Part shown: positions 12,640 through 25,118 of the stretch, piece by piece
Layout of the letters: each line of letters opens with the position of its first letter
Numbering within the stretch: position 1 is the stretch's first letter
From: Phoronis australis
Taxonomy: Eukaryota; Animalia; Phoronida
Reading direction: 5' to 3'
Length of the DNA stretch: 64,000 nucleotides
NCBI GenBank assembly: GCA_002633005.1
Contig: NMRA01000264.1
Span: 62,001 to 126,000, forward strand
Position numbers and translations under genes: made by a program
The notes under the pieces: generated by a model
Seen by the model: only the letters and a program-made list of their open reading frames with translations
The model's database searches: none
Told to the model about the DNA's origin: nothing

Positions 12640-14011
12640 CTGAAGAAAAAAAAACGAGAGAGTTTAGATTTCTGCAAGTAATGATGCACAAAACGTGATA
12701 TGTAAACCATGTTAACTTAAAGAAATTACTTTGATTTCGGTTTAAAAAGTTCGCGTAACGACTCTTAACATTTACTAATTCAGTGAAAACGTGCTGCCTA
12801 ATGACGAGCCTTCAACTGATGCAGTCACACTGGCAGTTGTGTTCAAATGACTCTTCAAGAAATTGTACCGTAACTAGATCACTTTTGACTATCTGAGAGC
12901 CTTATCAACTTTTTGAGCATCAGATGATATCTTTTAACGGCGTACACAATTTTCCAAATCAACAAACGTTACTCACGTTTCCGCCCAATAAAGTCCCATT
13001 GTATCATCAAAATAATGGTAATAGCCCTGGCATGTCTTAGAGAAAGATTTGACAGGGAACTGTAGTTTACTTTAGTTGTTTATCTCGCTATTTCGGAGCA
13101 TTATATTTCACAGAACTAGTGCCGGCAAAAATCAACAGTACCCGGTTTAATACCTCACTGAAACTCATTAGCTGATGCATGAACCTGTCATCAACTTGGC
13201 ATAAGAATAAAATTAGGGATATTTCAATTGCCGGTGGATTTCATTCTCAGAGTCCGATACAATAAAACTGCTTAATCAATGTTATCTTCGTATAGCTTTG
13301 TATGAAATTGTAATATGTGGCGTTGTGTATTGTATCGTACCGTAATGTATTAGCCTATATCATAATGTTCTGTATATATTGTATTGCACCGTGTCTTGTG
13401 TTTAACTGCTGAATGCCCTTCATTATTTGTATGCCTTATTATTTTCTAAACACAGTTAACGTTGTATAACTAAAGTAACCGTTGTCCGATATATAACAAA
13501 CTTAACTAACTTATGATTTAGACCACTTTCCACCACAAAAATGGTATCAATTTTAGTTAGAAATGATTTTGGGCTCTGGGAGAACTGACAGTCTCGGCAG
13601 TGTTTGAGACAATCTTCGGTGCATAAAAGGACACGTCGTGAAAAAGCAGTAGCTTAACGGAGCCTGATTTAAAGGAATAATGAACTTTCAATTCTTCCCA
13701 AACCCACAAATTGTCTCTAATTTGAGTAATTGGTTCAAGTTGAATTCAGGTTTGTAGCGTTAAGTGTCCTACTGTAAGTATAGAATTAGTTTTTGTACGG
13801 ACGGAGGGTTTAGAGCAGTTTTAACTAAAGCACTGAGAATGTGACACACATGAGCTAAAAATAATGTAAATGAGAGATTTATATTATGAACTGAGAACGT
13901 CTCCCAACCAATTCAGGTCCTTGTTCAGTAGACTCAACAAACTAGCTAGAAAGTAAGGTCACGCAAGTCTTACTTGCGAGACACTTGCGACTGCGGAACT
14001 CAACCTGGTTT

Positions 14012-14117
14012 TCATCTAGTTCTGCATAGTCCAAATCTACATCTAAGTTAACTGTTGCAACAGCCCCAACTGAAGTGACACCTCTCGCCATATGGCCAAC
14101 ATCGTCGACGTCTCGAC
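14012..14117 (-). pseudogene. Single-knottin terminal exon with an in-frame TAA
   Basis: TTCTTCAG acceptor; read in phase 2 it gives (R)SRRRRCWPYGERCHFSWGCCNS*LRCRFGLCRTR*, with TAA at 14050-14048 and a polybasic site before Cys1. Confidence 0.8.
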
Positions 14118-15130
14118 CTGAAGAATTTGGGCTTCACCAATTTTGAAGAACAAAACATGATATGAAAAGCAAATGTATTTAAAGAAACTGTTTCTACTTC
14201 ATTTTAGCTAAAAGGTTCGTGTAATGTTAAAGAATTTAGTAAAAAGGTACTGTCAAATGGTGACCCTTTAAAACATGCAGTCATTTTCAAATAACCGAAA
14301 TTTATTTAAGCAACACCAAGTATGAAGAAACATCATTTTCATTAATTTGAAGATATTGTTTGCAGAAAAAGTAAATACATGCAGGTCTGCTACCAAACAA
14401 AGCCGGAATTCCTTGAATGTGACAAGGTTATGATTGATAAATCGGGTGTCACAACTGTATGTACTTCTAGTCGGAAGGACATTCAAACAACTTCTTAAAA
14501 GGACCCATCTTTGGAAACGAATTCTGACGTTTATTTGTTCCCAATAAAACTATTAACAAAAAGTAACTGAGTTTACTTCACATTGCGCAAGAGTGTTTTA
14601 CAGAAGTCACGTTATTTGGTTGAAAGTTTTAGACATGTCGAGATTTTTCGGCAACCAAGATCGTTTTTACGGTTCATGTGAGAAAGCAGGTTTGTAACAT
14701 GGGCAATTTTGTCAAAATACCTCGCAAATTTCGGGCTTTTGACGAAATTTCCAAGAGGTTTTGCCCATGTCATAAACCTGAGACGAGTGTAGATTCTCTT
14801 TAACTGTTACCTCAGTGGTGCTTCTTATTACTTTGTATCAACTAGTAATAAGCCTTATATTGTGTGGTATTGTGTTGTATTGTGTTTTATTGTATCGCAT
14901 TGTATTGTATTGTATCGTAATGTACTGTGTTACATTGTAATGCATCGTACTATGTCTTGTATCGTGAAGTGCTGCTGAATGTCGTTCACTGTTTTTATGT
15001 CACATTGTGGTTTTAAACACAGTCAACGTTGTACGACTTAAATGACCGTAATCGTACAAGTCAGACTTTGGCTAATTTGTAATTCGTTGTATATAATGTT
15101 CACTTACTTAGAGACGTGGTTGGTTGTTGG

Positions 15131-15240
15131 CAGACGTTTCGACCTGGTCCGCCAGGTCTTTGTCGATGAATGAGGGATTTCCCGCCTTACGCTCGTTAAG
15201 AATGCATTCTTAACGAGCGTAAGGCGGGAAATGCCTCTAC
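15131..15240 (-). mobile_element. Small insertion with a degenerate hammerhead-like motif and a perfect 56-bp palindrome (possible Penelope-like remnant)
   Basis: The minus strand reads TCGACAAA-GACCTGG-CGGA-CCAGGTC-GAAACGTC at 15166-15133. A perfect palindrome spans 15177-15232. Neither is present in the sister units. Confidence 0.45.
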
Positions 15241-15682
15241 AGACCAATGACGAACCTATTCTCCAGAACTTTTAATTCATACCATTTCCGCAATAAAATT
15301 GGCCTAAATTTTCCTTACTCAGATGAGAAATGATTTCTGACCTATGGACGAATTGACTTTTTGCAGTGTTTGAAACCATGCTCCGCCCATAAAAGGACAC
15401 GTCCTGTAAAAAATAACTCAACAGAGCCTGATCTTAAGCAATAAGAAGCAGCTGTCAGTTCTTCCCAATCCCACGAATCGTCTTGCTAATTCGAACAAGG
15501 AATCTTTAACTAAAACCGGACTTATGGCGGTTTTTGTGCGAAACGCGGGTTTAGAGCCGTCATTAAGTAAAATAAGTGAGAATGTGCCGTATATAAGCTA
15601 AAAAGAACTAAATCAAAATGAGACATTTATATTCAGAACCGAGAACATCTCTCAGCCAATTCAGGTGCCCATTCTGTAGACA

Positions 15683-15707
15683 GTATGGCGAACATCGTCG
15701 TCTCGCC
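15683..15707 (-). pseudogene. Deleted remnant of a third knottin terminal exon
   Basis: Reads ARRRCSPY and then jumps into sequence homologous to the 3' UTR of the sister copies. The acceptor is altered (CAA G GCG vs CAG G GCG). Confidence 0.6.
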
Positions 15708-16476
15708 TTGACAAAAACTCGAAGCCATTTAGGCTTCACCAAATTTTGATGCACAAAACATGATAAGTAAACTATGCTTAGTTAAAGAAATTGTTGCTGA
15801 TTCCTTTCAGCTAAAAATTCGTCTAACAAATAGTGTTAACCCTTAACTCCTATGACAGCGTTTGTTGGGTACTAGCGTTACCCATCGTAGTAAAAGAGTA
15901 TTCCCAAAAAGGTGGTCCTTCAACATGCACTTTTTAATGAAGAAAATAAGAAAAGCATCCAAATGTACAACAAAGATGAATTATTAGAAACTTTTTATAA
16001 ATTTAGAAAGTGTTTACAGAAGAAGTAAGTGCAATGATATGCAGGTCTGCAATATTCGAAATGTCTCGATTGTATTGACATATTTCGGGTTTGTTGAGTT
16101 TAACTGGAAGACGAACGGATATGCGTCCCGGATTGTAGAGTTACATATGACTAGCTTTTATATTTTGGGCTTTAACTGGATCTTGGTGTTTAAAAGCTTA
16201 TGGCTACAAATCAATAGACCTGTATAGCTATTTTTGGAAATGGTTGTTTTTCCAAACGTTTCCAAAAAATTAACATTTTAGGATATACATAACGTCTGTT
16301 TGGGATATCCGGCATTGGTGTGTGTCAATATGATGGTTTTCCAGAAAGGTACCAAGTAATCTTTACTATACAGTTACGGGCAGACATTTGTTACAATCGA
16401 TGTTCGTTAGTTTCCGTCCGTGTCATCGCGATGATGGTGACTGATGGTTGAATGATCGGGATTACGGGGAAGTTAC

Positions 16477-17147
16477 CTGGAGAGCGTGTTGTCGTCCATT
16501 TCGTTCCGATCTTGTGTCGCTAAAAGAAAAAGAAACTGTCATATGTTCGGGAATCAAGAACAACGCTACAACCTGTTAGAAGGCAATCCACACACTTGTT
16601 GGAATTTCGGTTATAAACAAGATATCAGCCCAAATCATCGTCTACCCAAGAAAACGCTTCAGAATTTATTGGGGTTGCCAACCTCAGAATTTTGAATTCG
16701 AAAATGGCGCATGTATGTATTGACTCTGACTTGAGTTCGTAACTGCAATGGGATCCTGTCACTGCAAAGAATATTATGAGTTCGATTACATGACATTAAA
16801 CGATTTTTGATTTTTTTAGCCAGCTAAACAGGACGACAAGTAATCTTAAGTATTCTGGTAGACAAAGCCGTGAACACATGTACTGACAATGAGTTTTGAA
16901 GGCTTGATGAATAGTGGACATAACATGCTTTTTTATGTACGGAGCTAGTGTTTTTTCTATAAAGAGCCACGAGCTGCGTCAGGCTTATCTGTAAGATTGC
17001 TAAATAGTTCAGATAACCCCGTTCCCATCTTAATTCCCGTTTGGTTTTGTCCACTCTGCTGACGTAGACATTTCCAGTTTCCGACTTACCAGCACAAGCG
17101 TAATTCAACAGAAGCACGACGACAAGAATTACGAAGACCTTCTCCAT
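16477..17147 (-). CDS. Signal-peptide and propeptide exons of a knottin precursor (its downstream mature exons all appear disabled)
   Basis: Exon 17147-17090 encodes MEKVFVILVVVLLLNYACA-G with a GTAAGT donor. Exon 16519-16477 encodes ATQDRNEMDDNTLSR and ends in phase 2, matching the acceptors at 14117 and 12639. Confidence 0.75.
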
Positions 17148-19816
17148 TGTCAAGCTTGGATCGCTTGGACCGCCTGAAGACAAATTTGACCTTTCAAAGT
17201 GATTACTACTACCAACGGGGTGGGAAGATTATGTGATGAAATGCGTCCGTCTGCCTGTCTATCTGTCTGTCTGTCTGTTCAGTGGTTCAAGTGCTCCATT
17301 ATTAGACTGGATTTTCAGTTAACTTTATTCTCCTCTAGAGATAATTTCAAGCCGAATTCATACTTTAACGCCCCATGTAACCCCCATAGAAAAATGCTTA
17401 AAAAGATACTAAACCCTGTCATGATGAAATTGCCCAAAACTGTTTCCGCCACCTGTTATATTTCCCTGGAAAGATGAAAGCTAAAACTCAGTCCTTATTG
17501 AGTCACAAAATGGATTCAATGGTTCAAAATGCGCGGCCTCTGCCACAGTCGTCCATCATATTGCTGTGTTAGTCGCGCTTGTCGGTTTAACATATTTCTC
17601 AAGGAGGATTTGCGAAGGTCTCCAAGATATTTTTTCGACGTTTATGTCGGTGAAAAGTAAAGCCACGTGTTAAAATACTGTTAGTTTTAGTTTCGCACAA
17701 AACGTTTGGGTGCAACGCAATGGTTTGCGTGAGCAATTCCTGGATAGGAAATCGTTGATTACGCGAATTACGTTTTTCATGTGCTGCCGGTTATAACTGA
17801 ACTCTGTGCACAGTTCTTGTCCGAAACTTTGATACATTTAAATATATAAGAATTGACCTACCCTTAATAATGCTTTGAAGATGAAGTTCACTTTAATGCC
17901 TGAAGTTGATTTTTACATATGAAGGGTCCGTTTTATATAGTTGCCAAGCGCCATAGTCTCCCTGGTTAATGAACTGAGTTTTTGAAAACGAGGTAATCAA
18001 GTAATACAGTCTAATTTTGTTACTAAATTGTCCTCCCAAAACTTAACAGACATAAAATTGCAGTCGTTTAATTCCATTAGGGGCATTAGCTGTCTGCGAT
18101 TTTCGTTTGATCCTTTTGAATTCTGCTTGCAGAACAGTGGACGCTAAGCACAAGATTGCCTTATTAGATTCCTGTTTACAATTTGTAAATTTAGAAATAC
18201 AAAAATTATGTTAGATCGGTCAAAGAACGGACAATAGCTATAGTGTGTAAATACGCAAATAACGCTTTTATTTAGATATCTAGTATTTACGTAATTTGAT
18301 GAGCGTCTCGTAGACCAATGTTCCTGCAAAAAACTTGCAAAATTACGCGAGCGAAAGGCGTGTTTCGCGAGTGTGCTGAAAATTTTGTAGAGCATATTGA
18401 TCTGCTATAAAAGTTGAAATGAACATGCCCAGTAATTTCGTGGTTGGTCGGGACTCGCCAGACAAGCGCTCAATTTCATTGCCAAACACTTATTCTAGAA
18501 ATTTTAGTTACTCCTCTAATGAGATTCGCTTCTTCAACTCTTTTTCTCAACATAGCCTTTGACTTGTTCACGCCGGCTTTGATTATACCGACTCATCGTC
18601 CATTTTCACGGCGCCCAGAACGAAGGAGCTGATGATATCGTTGCTTCGATTTCAGTTAACATTGACTGGAAGCCTTTGTTAGGATTCATCGGTTTATAGC
18701 TTTAAGAAGTGAATCCCATCCAAAAATATCCCCACAATCCATTTTGTAGGTCGAAAAAACGATTGTATCCATACGTATTGACTTAGCTTCAACAGGCTCA
18801 GTTATCAAGACAATTCGTCACTACTCAAATAATGGCTTTTTAAATCAACATTTTAGGTTGTTTATCCGTCTTGCTGATTCATAAATTTGTAGAGTTACAC
18901 TCAATTTAATGTCGACATGTATGCGTACAATATCGTGAACCTTGTGACGTAAGTCATTTAAGATATCTATCGTCTACTGCTTGAAATACTCTGCAGTATG
19001 GGCACATTCACAGCTCTTGGTGTCACAAACTGTAACACCAGTCTTTCATTGTTTTAGTGTAGAGAATTAAAATACGAACCATTTTTCTAATGCTTTCTTT
19101 AAAACTTGACGTGGTGACTTCTCTTCACCTTCTATAGCCAGTAAATGTTATTTGTTCTTTTAAAGTGACATTGTCGGGGCGAAAATGTTTTTCTGAGGTC
19201 ATCCTCAACACGAAATCGAACATGAATCCCTCGCATAACAGACAAACATTGCTGGCTGGTGAGCTAAAAGCCAGTCAGAATACTTTTAGTTTTTTAAACG
19301 TATTTAGCTGGTCAAGTCCGGCCTTGTTTTCAGAGAATGTTGCATACGACCGTGACATATAGCGATTTGTAATAAAACCACAAATACAACACATTTTTGT
19401 CTTTTTCTCTGGTCAAAACTAATAAATTCAAAAGTCTACCAACAACAATAATCACAAAGTAGAGTTTTGCTGCCGTAAAACAACGATAATGTGACCGTGA
19501 CAATAAGACCCTACTGCGCTCCGACAAGTGACTTTAATAGCGAAGACCTCGCAATCAACAGCCTGTGTGATCAGAAACATTGCGCCAGAGACATTAAAAA
19601 CCAAGCACTTTTAGCTTGTTTATTCATTTATGTAACCGAGGTGCATTATTTCAATGTAAAGGTCTAATTTCAGTCATAACTAACTTTTAAATCACGCATT
19701 GCAAACGAAGAAAGTGGCCGGATGTGTTTCGTATAGATTTGTTGCTTTGCCCAGCGACTCGTTTGCATTCCACGAAGGTTGAAGCCAGATTGTAAACAGG
19801 CACGGTATGTACAGGA

Positions 19817-19823
19817 TATAAAA
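19817..19823 (+). promoter_or_regulatory. Candidate TATA box of the triple-knottin gene
   Basis: TATAAAA lies about 270 bp before the ATG, followed by a possible 5'-UTR donor (GTAAGA, about 19925) and acceptor (TTTCAG, 20062). Confidence 0.35.
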
Positions 19824-20085
19824 CAACAGTTCCTGGAATTTGTTATTGCTATCTCGATAAGGAACTGACCTCTTGCCTATTTCGTCATACTACAGTCGCA
19901 TATATACCGTGTAATCTGAAGCATAGTAAGAGTTGTCGCCACTTTCATATTAAAGAAGGGTAGGCCTTCAGATATTGCATTTTGAACTGTGAATTGGTCC
20001 GTTTTTCTCAATCACTGACGTATATTGAACTCAGCTTCATTTCAAATATACGTATATTTCAGATTACTTCGTTCTCCATTGGAAG

Positions 20086-22372
20086 ATGAAATTTCTCGGA
20101 TTTACGCTTTCTGCTGTTCTGTGTGTGATATTCGTAAGTGGTAAGAGGCTGTTAAACGCGTGTTATGACATTCAAAGACCTGTTGCTTTTAGTTAATTAT
20201 CATTTAATTGTATTCACTTTTAATCTTAAAAAGGCGTGTTAATCAAAAGCCCGAATTATGACATACGATGCGTACTTTTGAGTCAATCTTGTTTTGTATA
20301 TTCTTTTAATGGAATAACATTTTTGAAACATTTTGCAATCCAATAGGTATGCGATTTGTTTTTCCACAAGAATATGTACTGAAATTTTATCGGTCAGATT
20401 TCCCAACAGTGTGATGCCCATTTGTTTGGACTAAAGATGGCCTCACTCTTACTTTTCACCAGTTAATAAGAAGAGCCTCATGGAAAATAAATAGAAATTA
20501 TTTAACTCATTTCACCACTGTGTGCATGCGCGCTATCAAGTCTTCAATTTCATAAAAAATTATTGTTAATCAACTGTGGCGGCCATTTTGTTTGTGCATC
20601 GTAAGAAATTAAAAATTTTAGAGATTTTGTATAAGAGACAGTAACTTTGAACACTTGCTGTCAGCTTGTATCACTTGGGAATATGTTTTGACTAAACGAG
20701 TTTGCGTCCAACATTCTTTTGTAAAATGCTTAAATGAATGAAGCTGACACAGCTTTTTCAATGTTACCCAATGTAGAAAATTTATTTAATCGAAAGAGCA
20801 GTTTTAGGTTAATTCAGACAAAAGACACTTTACAGCACATTTACACCAAAAAGATGCTCAAAGTGTTGGGACTTCTTCAGAAAACTGTATTGATTACCAA
20901 GATATTTTAAGTTTAGTTATATGAAGTGCTTTATTTTTGTGTCATAGTATTCGCTGATGACATGACCAAGAAAAGTGGTGGCAAAAGTCAAAGGTGAGTA
21001 GAATTTACATATTGCTTCTATCAAACTAATGTTCCTTTAGATTTTCTAAAATATTTCAAATTATAGGATTCTGTACAAGAATAAGTAAACTTATCCAAAG
21101 TCGTACGGTTTGCATTAGCAGAGTTTGCCTCCCCTAACACAAGCTGTGTCAATTGTGGCTGTTTAGAATCATTACCCTGTATGTGAACTTGCGCTTGTAT
21201 GTGAGCGAACTGCGGCCCACGCACCCATACGTGAATTAAATACTTGAGTAAAACTGAAGGACCAAAAGCTTAAATTAGCATTCGAGTAAAGGTTGAAGAA
21301 CAAAATGTTAGATATTGACGTGTTTTGGATTTACGATTAATCAGCTAAATTGAAAAGTACTAACGATTAACAAAAACACACAAAACAGTTAAAGACATGC
21401 ACAGATACAAGAGCCATTTGACTGCGCCTGCAAGTCTTATATGAAGTTTTGGTGCATGCACCTATGCGCGAAACACTTGAACTAAAACAATTTTTGTAAA
21501 CCTTACGTATTATTCCGGACTTTCGCGCATGGTTCTAAATACGCGCATCTACTGTAATTGCCGAACACAAAGTTTGAATCTGCGTGATATTTTTGAAACG
21601 ATAAATGGTTCATTTCACTAATTCAATGTTGCTGTCAATAAGCCAACACTAATTTCTGTCACTGTTTTATTATTTGCTTTATTTCCAATCTGTTTCACAA
21701 ATTTGGCATAATTATCTATGAGCTCGTTGAGTTGTTTATCACTGACAATATTCTAAAGCTGGAATGGAACATTTGATCTTATATCTGCAAATAGTTTAAC
21801 TATGCCAAAATCAATATTCGTATACTTTTGAATAACAATAATAATTCCAGAATTCGCCTCCAGGAAAACTAAAACTTGCAAATTTTACATATATTTACAA
21901 TAATCTGTGATCACCTTTTCAGTATTCGTTGAGGCATATACAAGTTTTTGGATTTTCCTTTCATTCATCTTGAAGTGGAGTCTTTCGGTGATGTTTAAAA
22001 AACGTTGCCAGGAAGTACACAAGTTGCTATCTTTGTTTCAGAGAAACTTGTGCTCTGGGTTACCAGCCGTGCAGCAGTTCCCCCGGAAGTGGGAAACCAA
22101 CTTGCTGCGAACCTCTTACATGCGTATTTGGTAAATGTATGTTGTGTCGCGCCAACTACGGAGCGTCTTGCAGCGGCACATCTATCCTGGATTGCTGTTA
22201 TCCGCCCACATGGAGGCCCGACAACAACCAAGTGGGGTCACGGTTGTACTGCGTTGAAGGATTCTGTGATGTTTGTGCCAAATCTGGACAAAAATGTTCC
22301 ACAAACGTTCCGTGCTGTGGTGGTTTGACGTGTACTGCAAACGCGGGAAGTGGCGACCAGTATTGCAGATGA
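20086..22372 (+). CDS. Secreted triple-ICK (knottin) toxin-like precursor, 3 coding exons
   Basis: join(20086-20140, 20948-20993, 22042-22372); all GT-AG with consistent phases 1 and 2. Product: MKFLGFTLSAVLCVIFVSVFA | DDMTKKSGGKSQR | ETCALGYQPCSSSPGSGKPTCCEPLTCVFGKC-ML-CRANYGASCSGTSILDCCYPPTWRPDNNQVGSRLYCVEGFC-DV-CAKSGQKCSTNVPCCGGLTCTANAGSGDQYCR*. AATAAA at 22419. Confidence 0.88.
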
Positions 22373-25118
22373 ACTGTAATTTTTATTGTGGCTTTTATTT
22401 TCCTGTGGCTGTTCAGTGAATAAAACAGTATAATGATCTGCTTATGCACACTTGGAATTTTGATATGATAATTAAGTCTTCTGGAAAATGTAACACAAAG
22501 ACACCTTTGGTGATAGAAAAGTCGTCTTAAGTATTCAAAAAAATTAAACGTGGCCTTAAAAGGATACCAAACCCCACTGTTTTGGCGACTTCCCCCAAAA
22601 CTGATACTGTCACGAGCTATTTTGCATAATAAGTGGTTCCAGTTGATACTTAGAATAATCAATGTTAGTAATATCAATAGCATCTTCCAATACCACTACC
22701 GCTTGAAGTACTGCTACCGTTTTTATTTTATGACAACTACTTATTTTATTTACTACATAATCAAAAAATATTATAGTCGATATCACTAGTTATTCACCGT
22801 AATAATAAATATATAAGGTAAGTACATTAATCACCATAATTGAAGAAATTTAACAATGACATTAGGCGAAACAGTAAAATTATCAATAATCACGCGAGAA
22901 ATAATGTTAATACCATGCATAAAAATATACCATTACAGTAAAATGCGGCTCTACGGTAATAATCTTTAATCTAGAATTAGCATTTTTGTTATCATTCAGT
23001 CTCCTATTTAACCTGAGTACAGATTATCACACCGAGAGTCAAAAATGTTAAAAAGTGGTTTTAGTTACCTTCATAACAAGGTAATGCTGAGGTCACGTCG
23101 CTATAAGTTGCTTCGAGTTAAAGACATTTTGTTGTGGAGGATGACATTTGCGACAACTACAACAATGAAATGAAAGAACCCGGCTCACTGTATAGCGTGC
23201 GGATCGTATAAAGTAATGCGATTTAATTTGAGCTTCTCATGCAAGTTTCATGAACTAAAATGAAGAGTTTAGGATATCAGTTACATCTAACAGAATTAAT
23301 GGTTAAAGCAAAACGTACAATCCTACAATGTCAAACGTTTGTTTTTTTCAAATCTGTCAAAAATGCTGACTGTCTCATTCCTGCTCTGGTGAGTTTTTCT
23401 CTTCTGAAGCTGAACTTAAAAACTATTTACTCTCTCTTAAAAATAAGTTTCAGAAATACCATGCACTTCATCTGAGATAACGTATGACTGTTCCCGCTGA
23501 CCACCTGTAACTTCGATCACGTGATAATTATCTTTGAACATTCTTCCACCAGGTAATAAATACGGGGGCTCGAGATCCACAAACCTCAAATTCTACTTGG
23601 CTTTATTTATCCCTCATTCAGTGTCAACATTTCCAAAACAAAAGATGCATAAATTTCGGTACTTATGTACATTTGCTTGTATGCTCTTATATTTTAATTG
23701 CTATACAACATTTGGCTTTTCCCATCATCTATCACTGTTTGACACTCTGGTTGGTTTGATCAAGCACAAATTTAAAGCGGCAATAAACCCGTGTTCCATC
23801 GAAGACGCGAACTTTTAATTTACACCACTTACCGCTATGAAGTTGGCTTCAAATTGCTTCTTACTTAAATGAAAAGTGACTTTTATGTTTTCGAGAACAG
23901 AATAAAAGACACTTAATTGAGTTTGCACAAAAGTATTTCAGAGAATGTCAAAAATAATTTCGAGTACGATAACGAATGGAAAGATCAAACCCCGGCACCA
24001 GGTATATTTTGTAACGACCGTGACGTTAGAGCAGTGCAGATTTCTTCCAAAACTCTGGTTGACAAATCGGTCAAACCGCAGTTGGCAGGCGCACAAACTC
24101 ATGTCTTCTGATTGAAAGCTTGGTGCTTTTTTAACATAACAACTGCAAAGATCACACGTTATTCACGACCGTAAACACGTCACTGTGATGACTCCGCGTG
24201 AATTCTTTTATTTCTGATCACGAACTGCGCGGGAAGATGGCGCTTTCGTGAAATAGGTGAATATAACATACGCTCAGCTCCCATCGATTCAGTTTGGTTT
24301 GTAGACGAATCACAAGGTAGGCCATGTTCGAATATCATTTGAAATAATTTAAAATAACCAGATCGTTTCAAACTTGAAACATTTCCGTCTTAAAACTAAT
24401 TTGATGAGACATTTCAAATGAGAAAGAGCTTCACTTTTGATGGGTTTTATTGTTTTCGACAGTGCATCAGATGTATTGTTCAAATCCTTGTTGCCTTTTT
24501 AGGACGTTTCAATTACTTGAGGCAAATGAATGGACTAAATTTAAATGACGACCATCTGGCACTCAACATAGACAAATAAGAGCTACGTAATTGTATAGAA
24601 ATTGCATTATTTTGTATGTTCATTGTACCAACGTTTTATTTCAACGATTTTGATTTGGAAATAAATATAAATTGCTGATATGCCAATTGTTTTGTTTCTG
24701 TGTCGTCAACAAAAAAATACATTTCGATCAACATGTGAACAACATTTAATATGATTATTTCAAGTTGCTCGCATCTGCAATGAAATGCACATGGGGTCAT
24801 TACTCATTCAATTTACTTTTATGAACATGACTCGCTTCACCTTCATCACTAAGTGAATTGTTCCAAAATAATTTAAGGTCATGTTCCAGACTTTGAAGCA
24901 AGCGAGTTTTAATTTTTGTCTGTCAAATTCTTTATTAAGAGGAGCCTCTTGCATTTAAATGTAAATTCTGAAAAAATTGACCTTTCTGGCAATTTTAAGT
25001 GTCTCAACCTGAAGAGGTTGTTCGATTAAATAAGCTTTATATAAGTTGAGTAAAAATCGTCACAAATTGTGTCAAGACAGGTGATTATAACAGACAATGG
25101 TAATCTATTTCAGTTAAA

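Larger units (their letters stand above)
11830..16050. repeat. Tandem triplication of a ~1.5-kb unit containing a knottin terminal exon and 3' UTR
   Basis: Homologous blocks recur, e.g. GAACTGAGA at about 12361, 13888 and 15637, and AAAGAAAT at about 12719, 14181 and 15784. Confidence 0.85.

Noticed and set aside
12461-12691. 76-aa minus-strand ORF from the track
   Set aside because: It is in the wrong frame; the meaningful knottin is in the phase-2 frame.
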